From an uncultured Chloroflexia bacterium (GTDB taxonomy: Bacteria > Chloroflexota > Limnocylindria > Limnocylindrales > CSP1-4): DNA of 64,000 bases. A model generated the notes under the pieces. It saw only the letters and a program-made list of their open reading frames with translations, did not search any database and was not told the DNA's origin. Each line of letters begins with the position of its first letter. Positions within the stretch are counted from its first letter, which is position 1. A program made the translations under genes and the position numbers. The stretch is from the NCBI GenBank assembly GCA_963795645.1, contig CAWCIK010000006.1:1298259-1362258 (forward strand), read 5' to 3'. Below are positions 39,919 to 48,996 of the stretch, piece after piece.

Positions 39919-40229
39919 ATGCCGGCTCCAGCATCCGGCAGTGCCGAAGAGCGCGGCGCCCCGCGCCGAGCCGGGCGCCGCGCTCCGCGCCAAGCCCAGC
40001 GCTCGGCAGCGGACAAGAGCCTGGCGCTAGCACCTCCAGGATTAGTTCCTGGGTACGCAGTGGGCTAACGGGTTTGCTTTGCTCGCCTGGCATCGGCTAA
40101 GGCCGCACGCAGCATCCGGGGGACTAAACGGGCCGCCAAAGGGGCTTATCGGGCGCCCACGCCTAAGTAAGGGGCAGTCGATCGAGCGGTAAGTCGACGC
40201 CAAGCGCTCGCGGTAATCCTGCACGTGCT

Positions 40230-40997
40230 ATGGGATTTCGCACCAGACGGTCGGCCGTGGAGCTGGCAGCGTCGCGCCAGCTGTCGGGCCTGCTCGTGCG
40301 TGAGGGCCGCAAGGTCCGGCAGGCGCGGCGCAGGCGGCGCTGGTCGCAGGAGGAGCTCGGTCGGCGATCGGGTCTTGCGCAGACAACGGTCAGCAAGCTC
40401 GAACGCGGAGACGGTGGCACGCTGGCACTCGAGAGCTGGCAGCAGGTGGCGCTCGCCCTCGCCCTGCCTCTCGACCTCATCCTGGGCCGAGACGCACTCG
40501 ACGAGCCAACCGATGCCGGCCACCTGGCCATCCAGGAGCTCGTGCTCAGGACCGCCCGACACGCCGGATACAGCCGAAGATTCGAGCTCCCGACCAAGCC
40601 CGCCGACCCGACACATTCGACCGACGTCGGCCTACGCCACGACACGCGGCGATGGCTGATCCAGGTCGAGTGCTGGAACACGTTCGGCAACGTCAACGCG
40701 TCTGTGCGCTCGACGGATCGCAAGAAGGCCGAAGCCGAGGCCATGGCGATCGCCATCGGCAATGGCGAGCCGTTCGCCGTCCACGTCGTGTGGGTCGTGC
40801 GCGCCACGCGTCGAAATCGCGCCCTCCTCGCGCGCTATCCGGAGATCTTTGCCACGCGCTTCAGCGGCTCATCGCGGGCATGGGTCGCGGCCCTGTCGGA
40901 CGGTGAGAGGCCGCCCACGGCCGATGGCCTGGTCTGGTGTGACGTGGGCGCCACTCGTGTGTACGAGTGGCGCCCACCCCGTGGCCCGGCGGGTTAG
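40230..40997 (+). CDS. XRE-family HTH transcriptional regulator with C-terminal domain of unknown function
   Basis: HTH_XRE (WSQEELGRRSGLAQTTVSKLERG) followed by about 170 aa with no recognised family. Confidence 0.7.
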   Translation: MGFRTRRSAVELAASRQLSGLLVREGRKVRQARRRRRWSQEELGRRSGLAQTTVSKLERGDGGTLALESWQQVALALALPLDLILGRDALDEPTDAGHLAIQELVLRTARHAGYSRRFELPTKPADPTHSTDVGLRHDTRRWLIQVECWNTFGNVNASVRSTDRKKAEAEAMAIAIGNGEPFAVHVVWVVRATRRNRALLARYPEIFATRFSGSSRAWVAALSDGERPPTADGLVWCDVGATRVYEWRPPRGPAG

Positions 40998-41033
40998 CCC
41001 GGCGGGTTAGCCCTGCGGGTTAGCCCTGCGGGC
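40986..41033. repeat. Four tandem copies of about 13 bp (GCGGGTTAGCCCK) at the junction of two convergent genes
   Basis: CCCGGCGGGTTAGCCCGGCGGGTTAGCCCTGCGGGTTAGCCCTGCGGGCC spans the XRE stop and the DUF4177 gene's stop region. Confidence 0.55.
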
Positions 41034-41694
41034 CTGGCGGGGGAGTCTGGGCGCTGCCCATCTGAGCCTGATCCGGCCCGGCGGGCGCTGCGGGCATGGC
41101 TGGCGCCTCCGGCATGGCAGGCGCCTCCGGCATGGCGGGCATGGCAGGCGCCTCCGGCATGGCAGGCGCCTCCGGCATGACTGGCGCCTCCGGCATTGCA
41201 GGCGCCTCCGGCATGACTGGCGCCTCCGGCGCCGCCGGCGCTGCGGGCGCCGCTGGCGCTGCGGGCCAAGCGGGCGCCGCTGGCGCCGCTGGCGCCGCGG
41301 GCATCGCGGGTGCCATCGCCGCGGTCGGCGCATCCGACGCTGCCGGACCCGGCTGTGCCGCGGCAGAGGTGCTCATCGCCGCGCCGGCGGGCCGATCCGG
41401 TCCCTGGCGCTTGAAGTACCAGTTCGTCTGCAGCTGCGAGGGCGTGATCGCCTGCGGCTGGAGGCGTGTCTCGACCGCGAACATCTCCCACCCGCGATCG
41501 CCGAGCAGGCCCGAGACGTAGCCCAGGTTCACTCGCGAACGATCGAGCGAGATCGACCACTCGGTCGATTGCGGCATGAACACGCCAGCTCCGAGCACAC
41601 CGGCGAGCTCGGCCGCGAGGCCGGTCTGCGGGTGGCTGAAGCCGATCGTCGTGTACGGCTGGTCTGTCATCCAGGCGTACTGCCAACTTGCCAT
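41020..41694 (-). CDS. DUF4177-like N-terminal domain protein with C-terminal Ala/Pro-rich (EAPAMP)n low-complexity tail
   Basis: N-terminal about 95 aa ([17 protein letters not shown]...WEMFAVE) resembles the small DUF4177 fold; the C-terminal 120 aa are [12 protein letters not shown] repeats encoded by 18-bp tandem repeats. Confidence 0.6.
   Translation of the reverse strand: MASWQYAWMTDQPYTTIGFSHPQTGLAAELAGVLGAGVFMPQSTEWSISLDRSRVNLGYVSGLLGDRGWEMFAVETRLQPQAITPSQLQTNWYFKRQGPDRPAGAAMSTSAAAQPGPAASDAPTAAMAPAMPAAPAAPAAPAWPAAPAAPAAPAAPEAPVMPEAPAMPEAPVMPEAPAMPEAPAMPAMPEAPAMPEAPAMPAAPAGPDQAQMGSAQTPPPGPQG
41094..41300. repeat. 18-bp tandem repeat array (GGCGCCTCCGGCATGGCA-like, about 11 copies with variants) inside the coding sequence
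   Basis: Visible directly in the sequence at 41094-41300; encodes the (E/A)APAMP repeat. Confidence 0.65.
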
Positions 41695-41750
41695 GGTTTA
41701 CCTCTTCCTCCCGTTCCTGATGGAACGAATGTGAATGCTCGGGACGCGCC

Positions 41751-43152
41751 TCAGACGAGGTACTCGCGAGCCGTCTTGCGGCGCAGGAACTGACCCCAGC
41801 CCTTCTCGCCCTTCCACTCTCCGTCGCGGACGATCACACGGCCGCGAGACATGACCACGTCCGAGCCACCCACCACAGAGCGACCCTCGTAGCACGAATA
41901 GTCGACGTCCATGTGGTGCGTCGAAGCCGAGATCGTGTGGCGTCGCGCCGGATCGTAGACCACGATGTCGGCATCTGCGCCAGGGGCGACCACGCCCTTG
42001 CGGCCGGCGAGCCCGAACATCCGAGCCGGCGCGGCGGAGATGACCTCCACCCACCGCTCGGGCGTCATCTGGCCGCTAACGACGCCACCGTCGTGCATCA
42101 GGTCGACGCGGTCCTCGACGCCCGGGAGGCCGTTGGGGACCTTGCGGAAATCGCCCACGCCCAGGTCCTTCTGGCCGTGGAAGTCGAACGGGCAGTGGTC
42201 GGTCGAGACGATCTGCAGGTCGTCCTTCAGGAGGCCCTGCCAGAGCGGCTCCCAGTGGTCCTTCGGCCGCAGCGGCGGCGAGCAGATGAACTTGGCCCCC
42301 TCGAAGCCGTTGCCCATGTCGTCGAGCGACAGGAACAGGTACTGCGGGCACGTCTCGGCAAAGGCCATCGAGCCGCGGTCGCGGGCGCCGCGAACGGCAT
42401 CGAGGGCGTCGCGCGCGCGACAGGTGGACGATGTAGACCGGCACGTGCGCCGCCTCTGCGAGGCGGATGACGCGGTTCGTGGCCTCGCCCTCGAAGACCG
42501 GGTAGCGCGCGACGCCGTGCCAGTACGGATCGGTCTTGCCCTCGTCGACCAGCTCGGCCGCGACGACGTCGATGGCCATGCCGTTCTCGGCGTGCATCAT
42601 GATCAGGCCGCCGTTCTTGTCGGTCTGCTGCATGGCCCGGAAGATGGCCCCGTCGTCGCTCAGGAAGACGCCCGGGTAGGCGGTGAAGAGCTTGAAGTCG
42701 GTGATGCCCTCGTTGACCAGCTCGTCCATCTCGGCCAGCGAGCCGGGCGTGACGTCCGACATGATCATGTGGAAGCCGTAGTCGACGGTCGCGTTGCCTT
42801 CCGCCTTGGCCATCCACGTGTCGAGCCCCTCGCGCAGCGACTTGCCCTTCGACTGGACGGCAAAGTCGAGGATCGTCGTCGTGCCGCCGAACGCGGCCGC
42901 GCGAGTGCCGGTCTCGAACGTGTCCTTGGCGAAGGTGCCGCCGAAGGGCAGCTCCATGTGCGTGTGGACGTCGATCGCGCCCGGGATCACGTACTTGCCC
43001 GACGCATCGATGGTCTCGTCGAGACCGGCGCCCAGGTCGGTTCCGGAGAGCCCACGCCCGACAGCCACGATCTGCTCGCCATCGACCAGGACGTCAGCCT
43101 GCGTCGATCCGTCGGCGTTGACGACGGTGCCGTTCGCAATGAGTGTTCGCAT
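41751..43152 (-). pseudogene. Dihydropyrimidinase / D-hydantoinase with a single frameshift in a (GC)5 tract
   Basis: ORFs 42076..43428 (true start MRTLIANGTVV at 43152; DVHTHMELPFGG; FKLFTAYPG; VYIVHLS) and 41751..42368 (MAFAETCPQYLFL...STDHCPF...) are the same 467-aa enzyme. They are joined by a 1-nt shift inside GTCGCGCGCGCGAC near 42412-42421. Confidence 0.8.
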
Positions 43153-43187
43153 GCTGCGAATGTAACGCGCCGGGGAAAGAGGCTCTA

Positions 43188-44103
43188 CTACGGCGTTGCG
43201 ATCTCGTAGGCGATCGTGATCTTGGCCTTGATCGGGTCCGGTTGTTGGCAGGCATCCGGCTGGGTTGGGTCGCCGGCGCAACTGATGGCGAACGACAGGA
43301 CCGAGCCGGACTTGGCGTACTTGATCGGGTTGAACTTGACCGTCACCGGATCGCCGCAAATGGTCGGGTACGTGCAGGTCATCGAGGCGATCTTCTTGCC
43401 GTCCAGCTCGAGGAACACCTTGCCCCACGTCGAGTCAGGGAAGATCTGGAACGTGGCCTTGTCGAGGCACCAGCCGTCACTGGTGGTCTGCGTCTGCAGG
43501 TATCCGATCTCGGCGGAGCCCGTTGCGTGACCGGTTGCTGTTGCGCACGGACCGGGGGTTGGCGTGGGGGTCGGGGTCGGTGTTGGCGTCGGGGTCGGTG
43601 TTGGGCGTCGGCTTCTTGGTCGGCGTGGGGGTCGGCTTGTGGGTCGGAGTGGCGGTCGGCGTTGTCGATGGTGTGGGTGTGGGCGAGCCTGGCAGCAGCG
43701 AATCGGTCGGAATCGGGGTCAGGAACGGCGTGTCCGACGGGAAGGGCGTGGGCAGCGGTGGGAACGACTCGGGTGGCGCGGCAGTCGGCGTCGGCGTCAG
43801 ATCGGGCGTCGGCGTCGTCTGGACGAAGACCGGCAGCGATGACTCGGGGGTGCCGGTGGCCGTGGCCACGTTCTGGCCGCCGCCGGGGCGCGCGAAGGCG
43901 ACGAGCATCGCGCCCACGATCAGGCCGGTCAGGGCGAGGGCGAGCGCGGCAATGATCGGCAGCCGACCACCGCCCGTCGACGCCGCCCGTCGCCTGGGAT
44001 ATGTGACGCCGGCCGCTAGCCCGGCGACCGGCAGGCGCTGGTGGCAGCGTCGGCAGAAGGTCGCCCGAGTCGAGTTGCTGGCGCCGCAATTGGGGCAGAT
44101 CAA
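43188..44103 (-). pseudogene. Zn-ribbon / TM / Pro-Thr-linker / C-terminal beta-domain protein (paralog 1), frameshifted inside the PT-linker
   Basis: TTG start; MICPNCG...CRRC zinc ribbon; one TM helix; PT-rich linker. The C-terminal domain (ORF 43188..43418 frame, open upstream through TPTPTPGP) is in a different frame from the N-terminal part (ORF 43477..44103); the junction is near 43600. Confidence 0.6.
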
Positions 44104-44368
44104 GAGTCAGGTCCCCGTCGCGAAGCCGTCAACGAGCCGAGTATAGGTATCCGACCACCCGCCGCGAGCGCGTGCGCGCACACATGATCCGAACGCCAGC
44201 GCACCGTGGTTTCGACTAGAGCTCTCCGACGTCGACGCCGCCGGAGTCGGCGGTGCGGACGTCGGCGTGGCGGCGGTCGGCGGTCGGCGTTACCAGTCGG
44301 CGTTCGGCGGTGGCGGAGTCGCTGCGGCGATGGTCACTGTCTTGCTGCGCGAGCTGGTCAGGCCGTTG

Positions 44369-45127
44369 CTAGTCGGTCACGGTCAGCGTGATCGTGTAGT
44401 CGCCTGGCGTTCGTGTACGTGTGCGTCTTGGGATTGGTCTTGGCCGAGGTCGTTGCCATCGCCGAAGTCCCACAACACCGAGACGATGTCGCCCGTGCTC
44501 TTGTTGGTGAGCGTGGCCGTGTCGCCGCTGACGCTGACTGAGAATTGGCCTTGGGTCCGCTCGGCGTGGGCGTGGCGGTCGGCGTCGGCTTGGGCGTCGG
44601 CTTCGGGGTCGGCTTGGCGGTGGGTGTGGGTGTCGGGCCGGTCCGCTGTGTCGGCGTGGGGGTGGGCGTGGGACCCGTCGGCTGCGTGGGAGTGGGCGTG
44701 GGCGTGGGGAAGTCGAAGCTGGGCGTGGGCGTGAAGAGGTCGGGCGTGGGTGAATCGGGGGCGAACGAGAAGAAGAACGGCGTGGGCGTGGGCTCGGGCG
44801 TCGGCTCGGGCGTGGGCGTCTCCTGGACGAAGACGGGCAGCGACGGGCCGGCCGACGCATCGCCCGCGAACAGGCCTGAGCCGGATCGGTTGGCTGAGGC
44901 GGCGTGGACAGGTAGATCGCGGCGCCGCCGCCGATGAACAGGAATAGCGCGAGAAGCGCAACTCCCAGGACCAGCACACCTCCGCCGCCGCCGCCGGCGG
45001 GCTCGGCAATTGCCGCCCGCCGGTATCCCGTGCCGCCGTATTTCGCGGCAAGCGGGAGTCGTTGTCGACATCGACTGCAGAAGGTGGCGCCAGCTGGGTT
45101 GCGCCGCCCGCAGTTAGGGCAGATCAA
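44369..45127 (-). pseudogene. Zn-ribbon / TM / Pro-Thr-linker / PKD-domain protein (paralog 2), at least 3 frameshifts
   Basis: TTG start; MICPNCG...CSRC; TM. The PT-linker reads in the frame of ORF 44358..45071. The PKD domain (FSVSVSGDTATLTNKSTGDIVSVLWDFGDG / KTNPKTHTYTNA / GDYTITLTVTD) is split over all three frames in 44369-44520 by two single-A insertions (GGCaACG, GCCaGGC). Confidence 0.6.
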
Positions 45128-45286
45128 CGTATGTCCCCAAGCGCCAGATTAGAAACTGGGTTAGTCCCTGAGTATAGGCTCGACCACCAGGCGAGCCGGC
45201 TTTCGGCCCCTGGCAAATGTCTCCCATTCACGTATGACGAACGTTGGCCGGCGTCCGATACGGCGCTCGGCCCGTTTGATCGAGGT

Positions 45287-46291
45287 TCAGCCCGCGCTCG
45301 ACGCCGCCAGCTGCGGGATGATCTCGCGCCCGTACGTCTCGAGCGTCTTCTCCTCGTCGCCGTTCATCAGGTAGATGTTGAACTGGTCCACGCCCGCGTC
45401 GGCCAGCTCGCGCAGCTTGGCGACGTGTGCCTCGACCGGGCCGATGACGGTGAAGCGGTCGACGGTGTCGTCGTCGACGAAGGACGAGTTCGACGAGCCG
45501 ACCTCGGCGTGGTGCAGGTAGTCGTAGCCCTTTCGATCGCGCACGTAGCCGGTCAGGGCCGGAGGCAGGTCCTTGGGGTCGTAACGGTTGACCAGGTCCG
45601 CGACGTGATTGCCGACGAGCGCCGGGAACCAGCGCACGCGCTCGCGGCAATCTGCCAGGTCGCCCACGTGCGCGGGTGCGGCCGCCATGACCTTGAGCTC
45701 GCTCGGGTCGCGCCCGGCGGCTCGAGCCGCGTCGTGCAGCTGGCCCACGAACCAGCGGATCAGGTCGGGATCGGCGAGCTGGAGGATGACGCCGTCGGCG
45801 ATGCGTGCCGTTAGATCGAGCGCCTTCGGGCCGTAGCCGGCGATCCAGACCGGCAGCTTGTCGCCGCGCGTCCACGAGAAGTGGATCTGCGTGCCGTCAT
45901 CGTCCCCGTCGCCGCCCTCGACCAGGGTGCGGATGAGGTTCGTCGCCTGTTCCAGCCGGGCGAGCGTCGTGGGCGGCTTGCCCATGACGCGCCGCGCCGA
46001 GTCGCCACGGCCGATGCCCAGGTCCATGCGCCCGCCACTGATCTCGTTCAGCGTCGCGAGGGCGCTCGCCGTCACGGACGGCTCGCGCGTCGCCGGGTTG
46101 GTGACGCACGTGCCGAGGCGCATCTTCTCCGTGTTGAGCGCCATGACCGTCAGCAGCGGGTACGGATCGCGCCACAGGATGTGCGAGTCGAACAGCCAGC
46201 CGTAGCCGAAGCCGGCCTGCTCTGCCTGCTGGCTGAGGGCGATGGTGCGCTGGTACGGATGGTCGAGCTTGAGCGTGAATCCGAAATCCAT
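45287..46291 (-). CDS. LLM class F420-dependent (luciferase-like) oxidoreductase
   Basis: 334 aa from MDFGFTLK; luciferase-like TIM barrel pattern (GFGYGWLFDSHILWRDPYPLLTV, LGIGRGDSARRVMG, IAGYGPKAL). Confidence 0.8.
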   Translation of the reverse strand: MDFGFTLKLDHPYQRTIALSQQAEQAGFGYGWLFDSHILWRDPYPLLTVMALNTEKMRLGTCVTNPATREPSVTASALATLNEISGGRMDLGIGRGDSARRVMGKPPTTLARLEQATNLIRTLVEGGDGDDDGTQIHFSWTRGDKLPVWIAGYGPKALDLTARIADGVILQLADPDLIRWFVGQLHDAARAAGRDPSELKVMAAAPAHVGDLADCRERVRWFPALVGNHVADLVNRYDPKDLPPALTGYVRDRKGYDYLHHAEVGSSNSSFVDDDTVDRFTVIGPVEAHVAKLRELADAGVDQFNIYLMNGDEEKTLETYGREIIPQLAASSAG

Positions 46292-46370
46292 CGTGAGGCG
46301 AGGATAACCCGCGCCGAAAGTCGCCAACGCCCTTTTTTTGCGCTACTCGGGCTCGATGCACAGATGTGCA

Positions 46371-46399
46371 CGCACAGTTGTTGACCGAGCGATTGGTGG
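46371..46399 (+). promoter_or_regulatory. Candidate sigma-70-type promoter (TTGACC-17 nt-TAGTCT) for the ABC ATPase gene; leader of about 10 nt
   Basis: Consensus-like -35, 17-nt spacer, -10 TAGTCT, about 16 nt upstream of the GTG start at 46416. The palindrome TGCACAGATGTGCA (46347-46360) lies just upstream. Confidence 0.4.
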
Positions 46400-46415
46400 C
46401 CGGTAGTCTGCCTGC

Positions 46416-47216
46416 GTGGAGCAGACCACGCCGGAGCCTACCGGCACTCCCCCTGTGTCGCCGCCGCCGCTGCTCGCCGCGCGCGGTATCTACAAGGCGT
46501 ACGGCGGCGTGCACGCCGTCGAGAATGTCACCATCGATTTCCCCGCCGGCACGGTCACCGCGCTCGTCGGCGACAACGGAGCCGGCAAGACCTCGCTGAT
46601 CAAGATGCTGGCCGGCGCCATGGCCCCCGATGCCGGCCACCTGGAGGTCGACGGCAAGCCGGTGCGCTTCACCAGTCCGGCTTCGGCGCGCGCGGCGGGG
46701 GTCGAGACCGTCTACCAGGACCTCGCGTTGGCCGATCACCGCGACGTCGTCGAAAACCTGTTCATGGGCCGCGAGGCGACACGCGGCTGGGGGCCGTTCC
46801 GCTACCTGGACAAGGGCCGCATGCGGCGCGATACGAGTGCCGCGCTCGAGAGCCTGAACGTCAAGATACCGTCCATCAAGCAGCAGGTCCGGCGTCTGTC
46901 AGGCGGCCAGCGCCAGGGCATCGCCATCGGCCGCGCCGTCCACTGGGGCTCGCGCATCCTGATCATGGACGAGCCGATGGCCGCGCTCGGCCTCCAGGAG
47001 GCGGGCCGCGTCCAGGGGTTGATCAACACGCTCGCCGAGCGCGGCCTGACCCAGATCGTCGTGAGCCACAACCTGGAGCATGTCTTCACCCTCTCCACGC
47101 GGATCGCGGTCATGCGTCTCGGCCGCCTCGTCGGCGTACGCGAGACCGCCAAGACCGATCACGAGGAGATCGTCCGACTGATCGCCGGGCTGGGCCCGTC
47201 ACCCTCGAGCACCTGA
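46416..47216 (+). CDS. Sugar-type ABC transporter ATP-binding protein (single NBD, RbsA/FrcA-like)
   Basis: Walker A GDNGAGKTS, LSGGQRQ signature, Walker B ILIMDEPMAAL; GTG start. Confidence 0.85.
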   Translation: MEQTTPEPTGTPPVSPPPLLAARGIYKAYGGVHAVENVTIDFPAGTVTALVGDNGAGKTSLIKMLAGAMAPDAGHLEVDGKPVRFTSPASARAAGVETVYQDLALADHRDVVENLFMGREATRGWGPFRYLDKGRMRRDTSAALESLNVKIPSIKQQVRRLSGGQRQGIAIGRAVHWGSRILIMDEPMAALGLQEAGRVQGLINTLAERGLTQIVVSHNLEHVFTLSTRIAVMRLGRLVGVRETAKTDHEEIVRLIAGLGPSPSST

Positions 47217-47974
47217 CGACGACGCTACCTGCGCGCCGCTCGGTCGCGTTCCTGTTCGACCTGGACGGCGTGCTGGTCGACACGCACCAGATCGTGATCG
47301 ATGGCTGGCACGCCTTCGCCGCCGAGCGCGGCCGAACGCTCAGCGACCAGGAGATCGTGGAGCGCATGTTCGGGCGCCGAACCGTCGACATCCTGATCGA
47401 GATGTTCGGCATGGACCCTGCCGACGCGGCCGAGCTCGCGACGCACAGCATGGACGACAAGCGAGCCCAGGTGGAGGCCACCGGCGTGCTGCTGGCTGCG
47501 GTGCCCGGAGCACCTGAGTTCGTGCGTGCCACGATCAGGGCCGGCATCCCGTGCGCCGTGGTCAGCTCGGCATCGGGCGGCAACATCCAGCTCGCGTTCG
47601 AGCACATCGGCCTCGCGGGCGTCATCGACGTCGTCATCGCTCACGACCACGTCGAGCACGGCAAGCCGGCGCCCGACCCCTACCTGGCCGGTGCGGCGGC
47701 GCTCGGCTTCACGGCCGGCGAGTGCGTCGTCTTCGAGGACACGGCGCCGGGCATCGAGTCTGCCCATGCTGCGGGCGCACTGTGCGTGGGTGTTGCCTCG
47801 CTGGGCATGCCCGAGATGGTTGCCTCGGCCGACCTGGTCATCGCGGATTTCACCGGCCTTGAGCCGGACGAGCTGATCAGCCGGCTCGACGCGCACGCTC
47901 AGCGCGCAGCGCATCGAGGCGCCAGATCTCGCGATATGTCCACGGCCGTCGGCGGGGGCGAACGCCCGAGCTGA
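47213..47974 (+). CDS. HAD-superfamily hydrolase (beta-phosphoglucomutase-like subfamily IA)
   Basis: Motif I FLFDLDGVLVDT lies upstream of the ORF-track GTG (47270). No ATG/GTG/TTG exists in any frame between 47150 and 47269, so a CTG overlapping the ABC stop (CTGA) is proposed. Motifs VVSSAS (motif II) and GKPAPDPY...FEDTAPGIESA follow. Confidence 0.6.
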   Translation: MTTTLPARRSVAFLFDLDGVLVDTHQIVIDGWHAFAAERGRTLSDQEIVERMFGRRTVDILIEMFGMDPADAAELATHSMDDKRAQVEATGVLLAAVPGAPEFVRATIRAGIPCAVVSSASGGNIQLAFEHIGLAGVIDVVIAHDHVEHGKPAPDPYLAGAAALGFTAGECVVFEDTAPGIESAHAAGALCVGVASLGMPEMVASADLVIADFTGLEPDELISRLDAHAQRAAHRGARSRDMSTAVGGGERPS

Positions 47975-48051
47975 CAATGGCGCCCGGCCGGCGCGCCTCG
48001 AGGTCCGCGATCAGCCGTTCTATGTCCGTGTCGCTCAGTCCGGCCATGTCG

Positions 48052-48996
48052 TCACCTGGTTGCACTGCTCACCTCCCGCACGACGACCCTGCCCCGGAGC
48101 GCCTCGATCCGCGACGGATCGACCTGGCCCGCGCCGAGCTCGAGCACGCTGGCGCTCGCCGCCGCGCCGGCGGCGGCGAGCGCCTCCACGACTGAGCGAC
48201 CCGCCTCGAGCGCCACGACGAGGCCGGCGTTGAAGACATCGCCCGCGCCGACGGCGTTGACCGCCTTGAGACGCGGCACGCGCACCGTCCAGGCCTGCGT
48301 GCCGTCCGACGCGGCCGCACCGTTGGCGCCGTCGGTCACCACGGCCAGCTGCGCGCCGCGCGCCGCGAGGCGCGCGGCCATCGCACCAGCACCGGCAAAG
48401 GACGAACCTTCCGCGGCACCGGCCTCGCGCGCCTCGGCGAGAGTGACCTTGACCACGTCAGGCGCCGCGTCGAGCGCCAGCCCCAGCGCTTCGCCACCGG
48501 CGTCGACGAGGCACCTGGCCCCGGCCTCGTGAGCGGCGTGCACGAGCTGCGCGTACGAGTCGATCGGCAGGCCTGCGGGCAGCGAGCCCGAGCAGACGAG
48601 CCACGCCGTTCGGGGCAGCAGCTCGGCGCGCAGCTGGGCGATCAACCGCTCGAGGTCGCTCTCGGCCAGCACCGGGCCGGGCTCGTATATGAGCATGGAG
48701 CGGCCTGCCGCATCGGTCGCCACGTAGGTCGAGCGCGTCTCCGGTCCGGCGGTCAGGAAATGGGGTTCGAGGCCCTCCGCCGCCAGCGCCTCGACGAGCC
48801 AGGCGCCGGCATGACCGCCGCAGATACCGGTCGTGGCTACCTGCGCTCCGAGCAGCCGCGCCGCGCGGCAGGCGTTGACGCCCTTGCCGCCGGGCAGGAC
48901 GCGGACGTCGCTGGGGCGCAGGATCGTGTCGAACGCGAGCCGATCGACCAGCGCGGTGCGATCGACGGCCGGCGCGAGGGTGACTCCGACGATCAT
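48052..48996 (-). CDS. PfkB family kinase, 1-phosphofructokinase / tagatose-6-phosphate kinase (FruK/LacC)-like
   Basis: MIVGVTLAPAVDRT N-terminus typical of FruK/LacC; GG lid motif; C-terminal anion hole NAVGAGDVFNAGL; ATGA overlap with the upstream kinase. Confidence 0.8.
   Translation of the reverse strand: MIVGVTLAPAVDRTALVDRLAFDTILRPSDVRVLPGGKGVNACRAARLLGAQVATTGICGGHAGAWLVEALAAEGLEPHFLTAGPETRSTYVATDAAGRSMLIYEPGPVLAESDLERLIAQLRAELLPRTAWLVCSGSLPAGLPIDSYAQLVHAAHEAGARCLVDAGGEALGLALDAAPDVVKVTLAEAREAGAAEGSSFAGAGAMAARLAARGAQLAVVTDGANGAAASDGTQAWTVRVPRLKAVNAVGAGDVFNAGLVVALEAGRSVVEALAAAGAAASASVLELGAGQVDPSRIEALRGRVVVREVSSATR

Noticed and set aside
40030-40229. UUAGUUCCUGGG / ACGGG / GGGGACUAAACGGGCC elements vaguely similar to the guanidine-I (ykkC) riboswitch
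   Set aside because: Element order and spacing do not fit the ykkC consensus, and the downstream gene is an XRE regulator rather than a guanidine-related transporter or carboxylase.
41094-41300. Tandem repeat arrays (also at 63700-63800) considered as possible CRISPR arrays
   Set aside because: 18-bp contiguous repeats with no spacers, lying inside ORFs and encoding low-complexity Ala/Pro/Thr linkers; no cas genes.
43523-44937. ORFs encoding GVGVGV / VGVGL repeats (43523..44146+, 43564..43842+, 44545..44937+)
   Set aside because: They are the reverse complement of the Pro-Thr linker repeats of the two Zn-ribbon paralogs.
47877-48065. 62-aa minus-strand ORF (MQPGDDMAGLSDTDIERLIADLEARRPG...) between the HAD and PfkB genes
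   Set aside because: It overlaps the HAD 3' end antisense by about 100 nt and the PfkB 3' end; no SD and no homology recognised. Possibly real, but unsupported.
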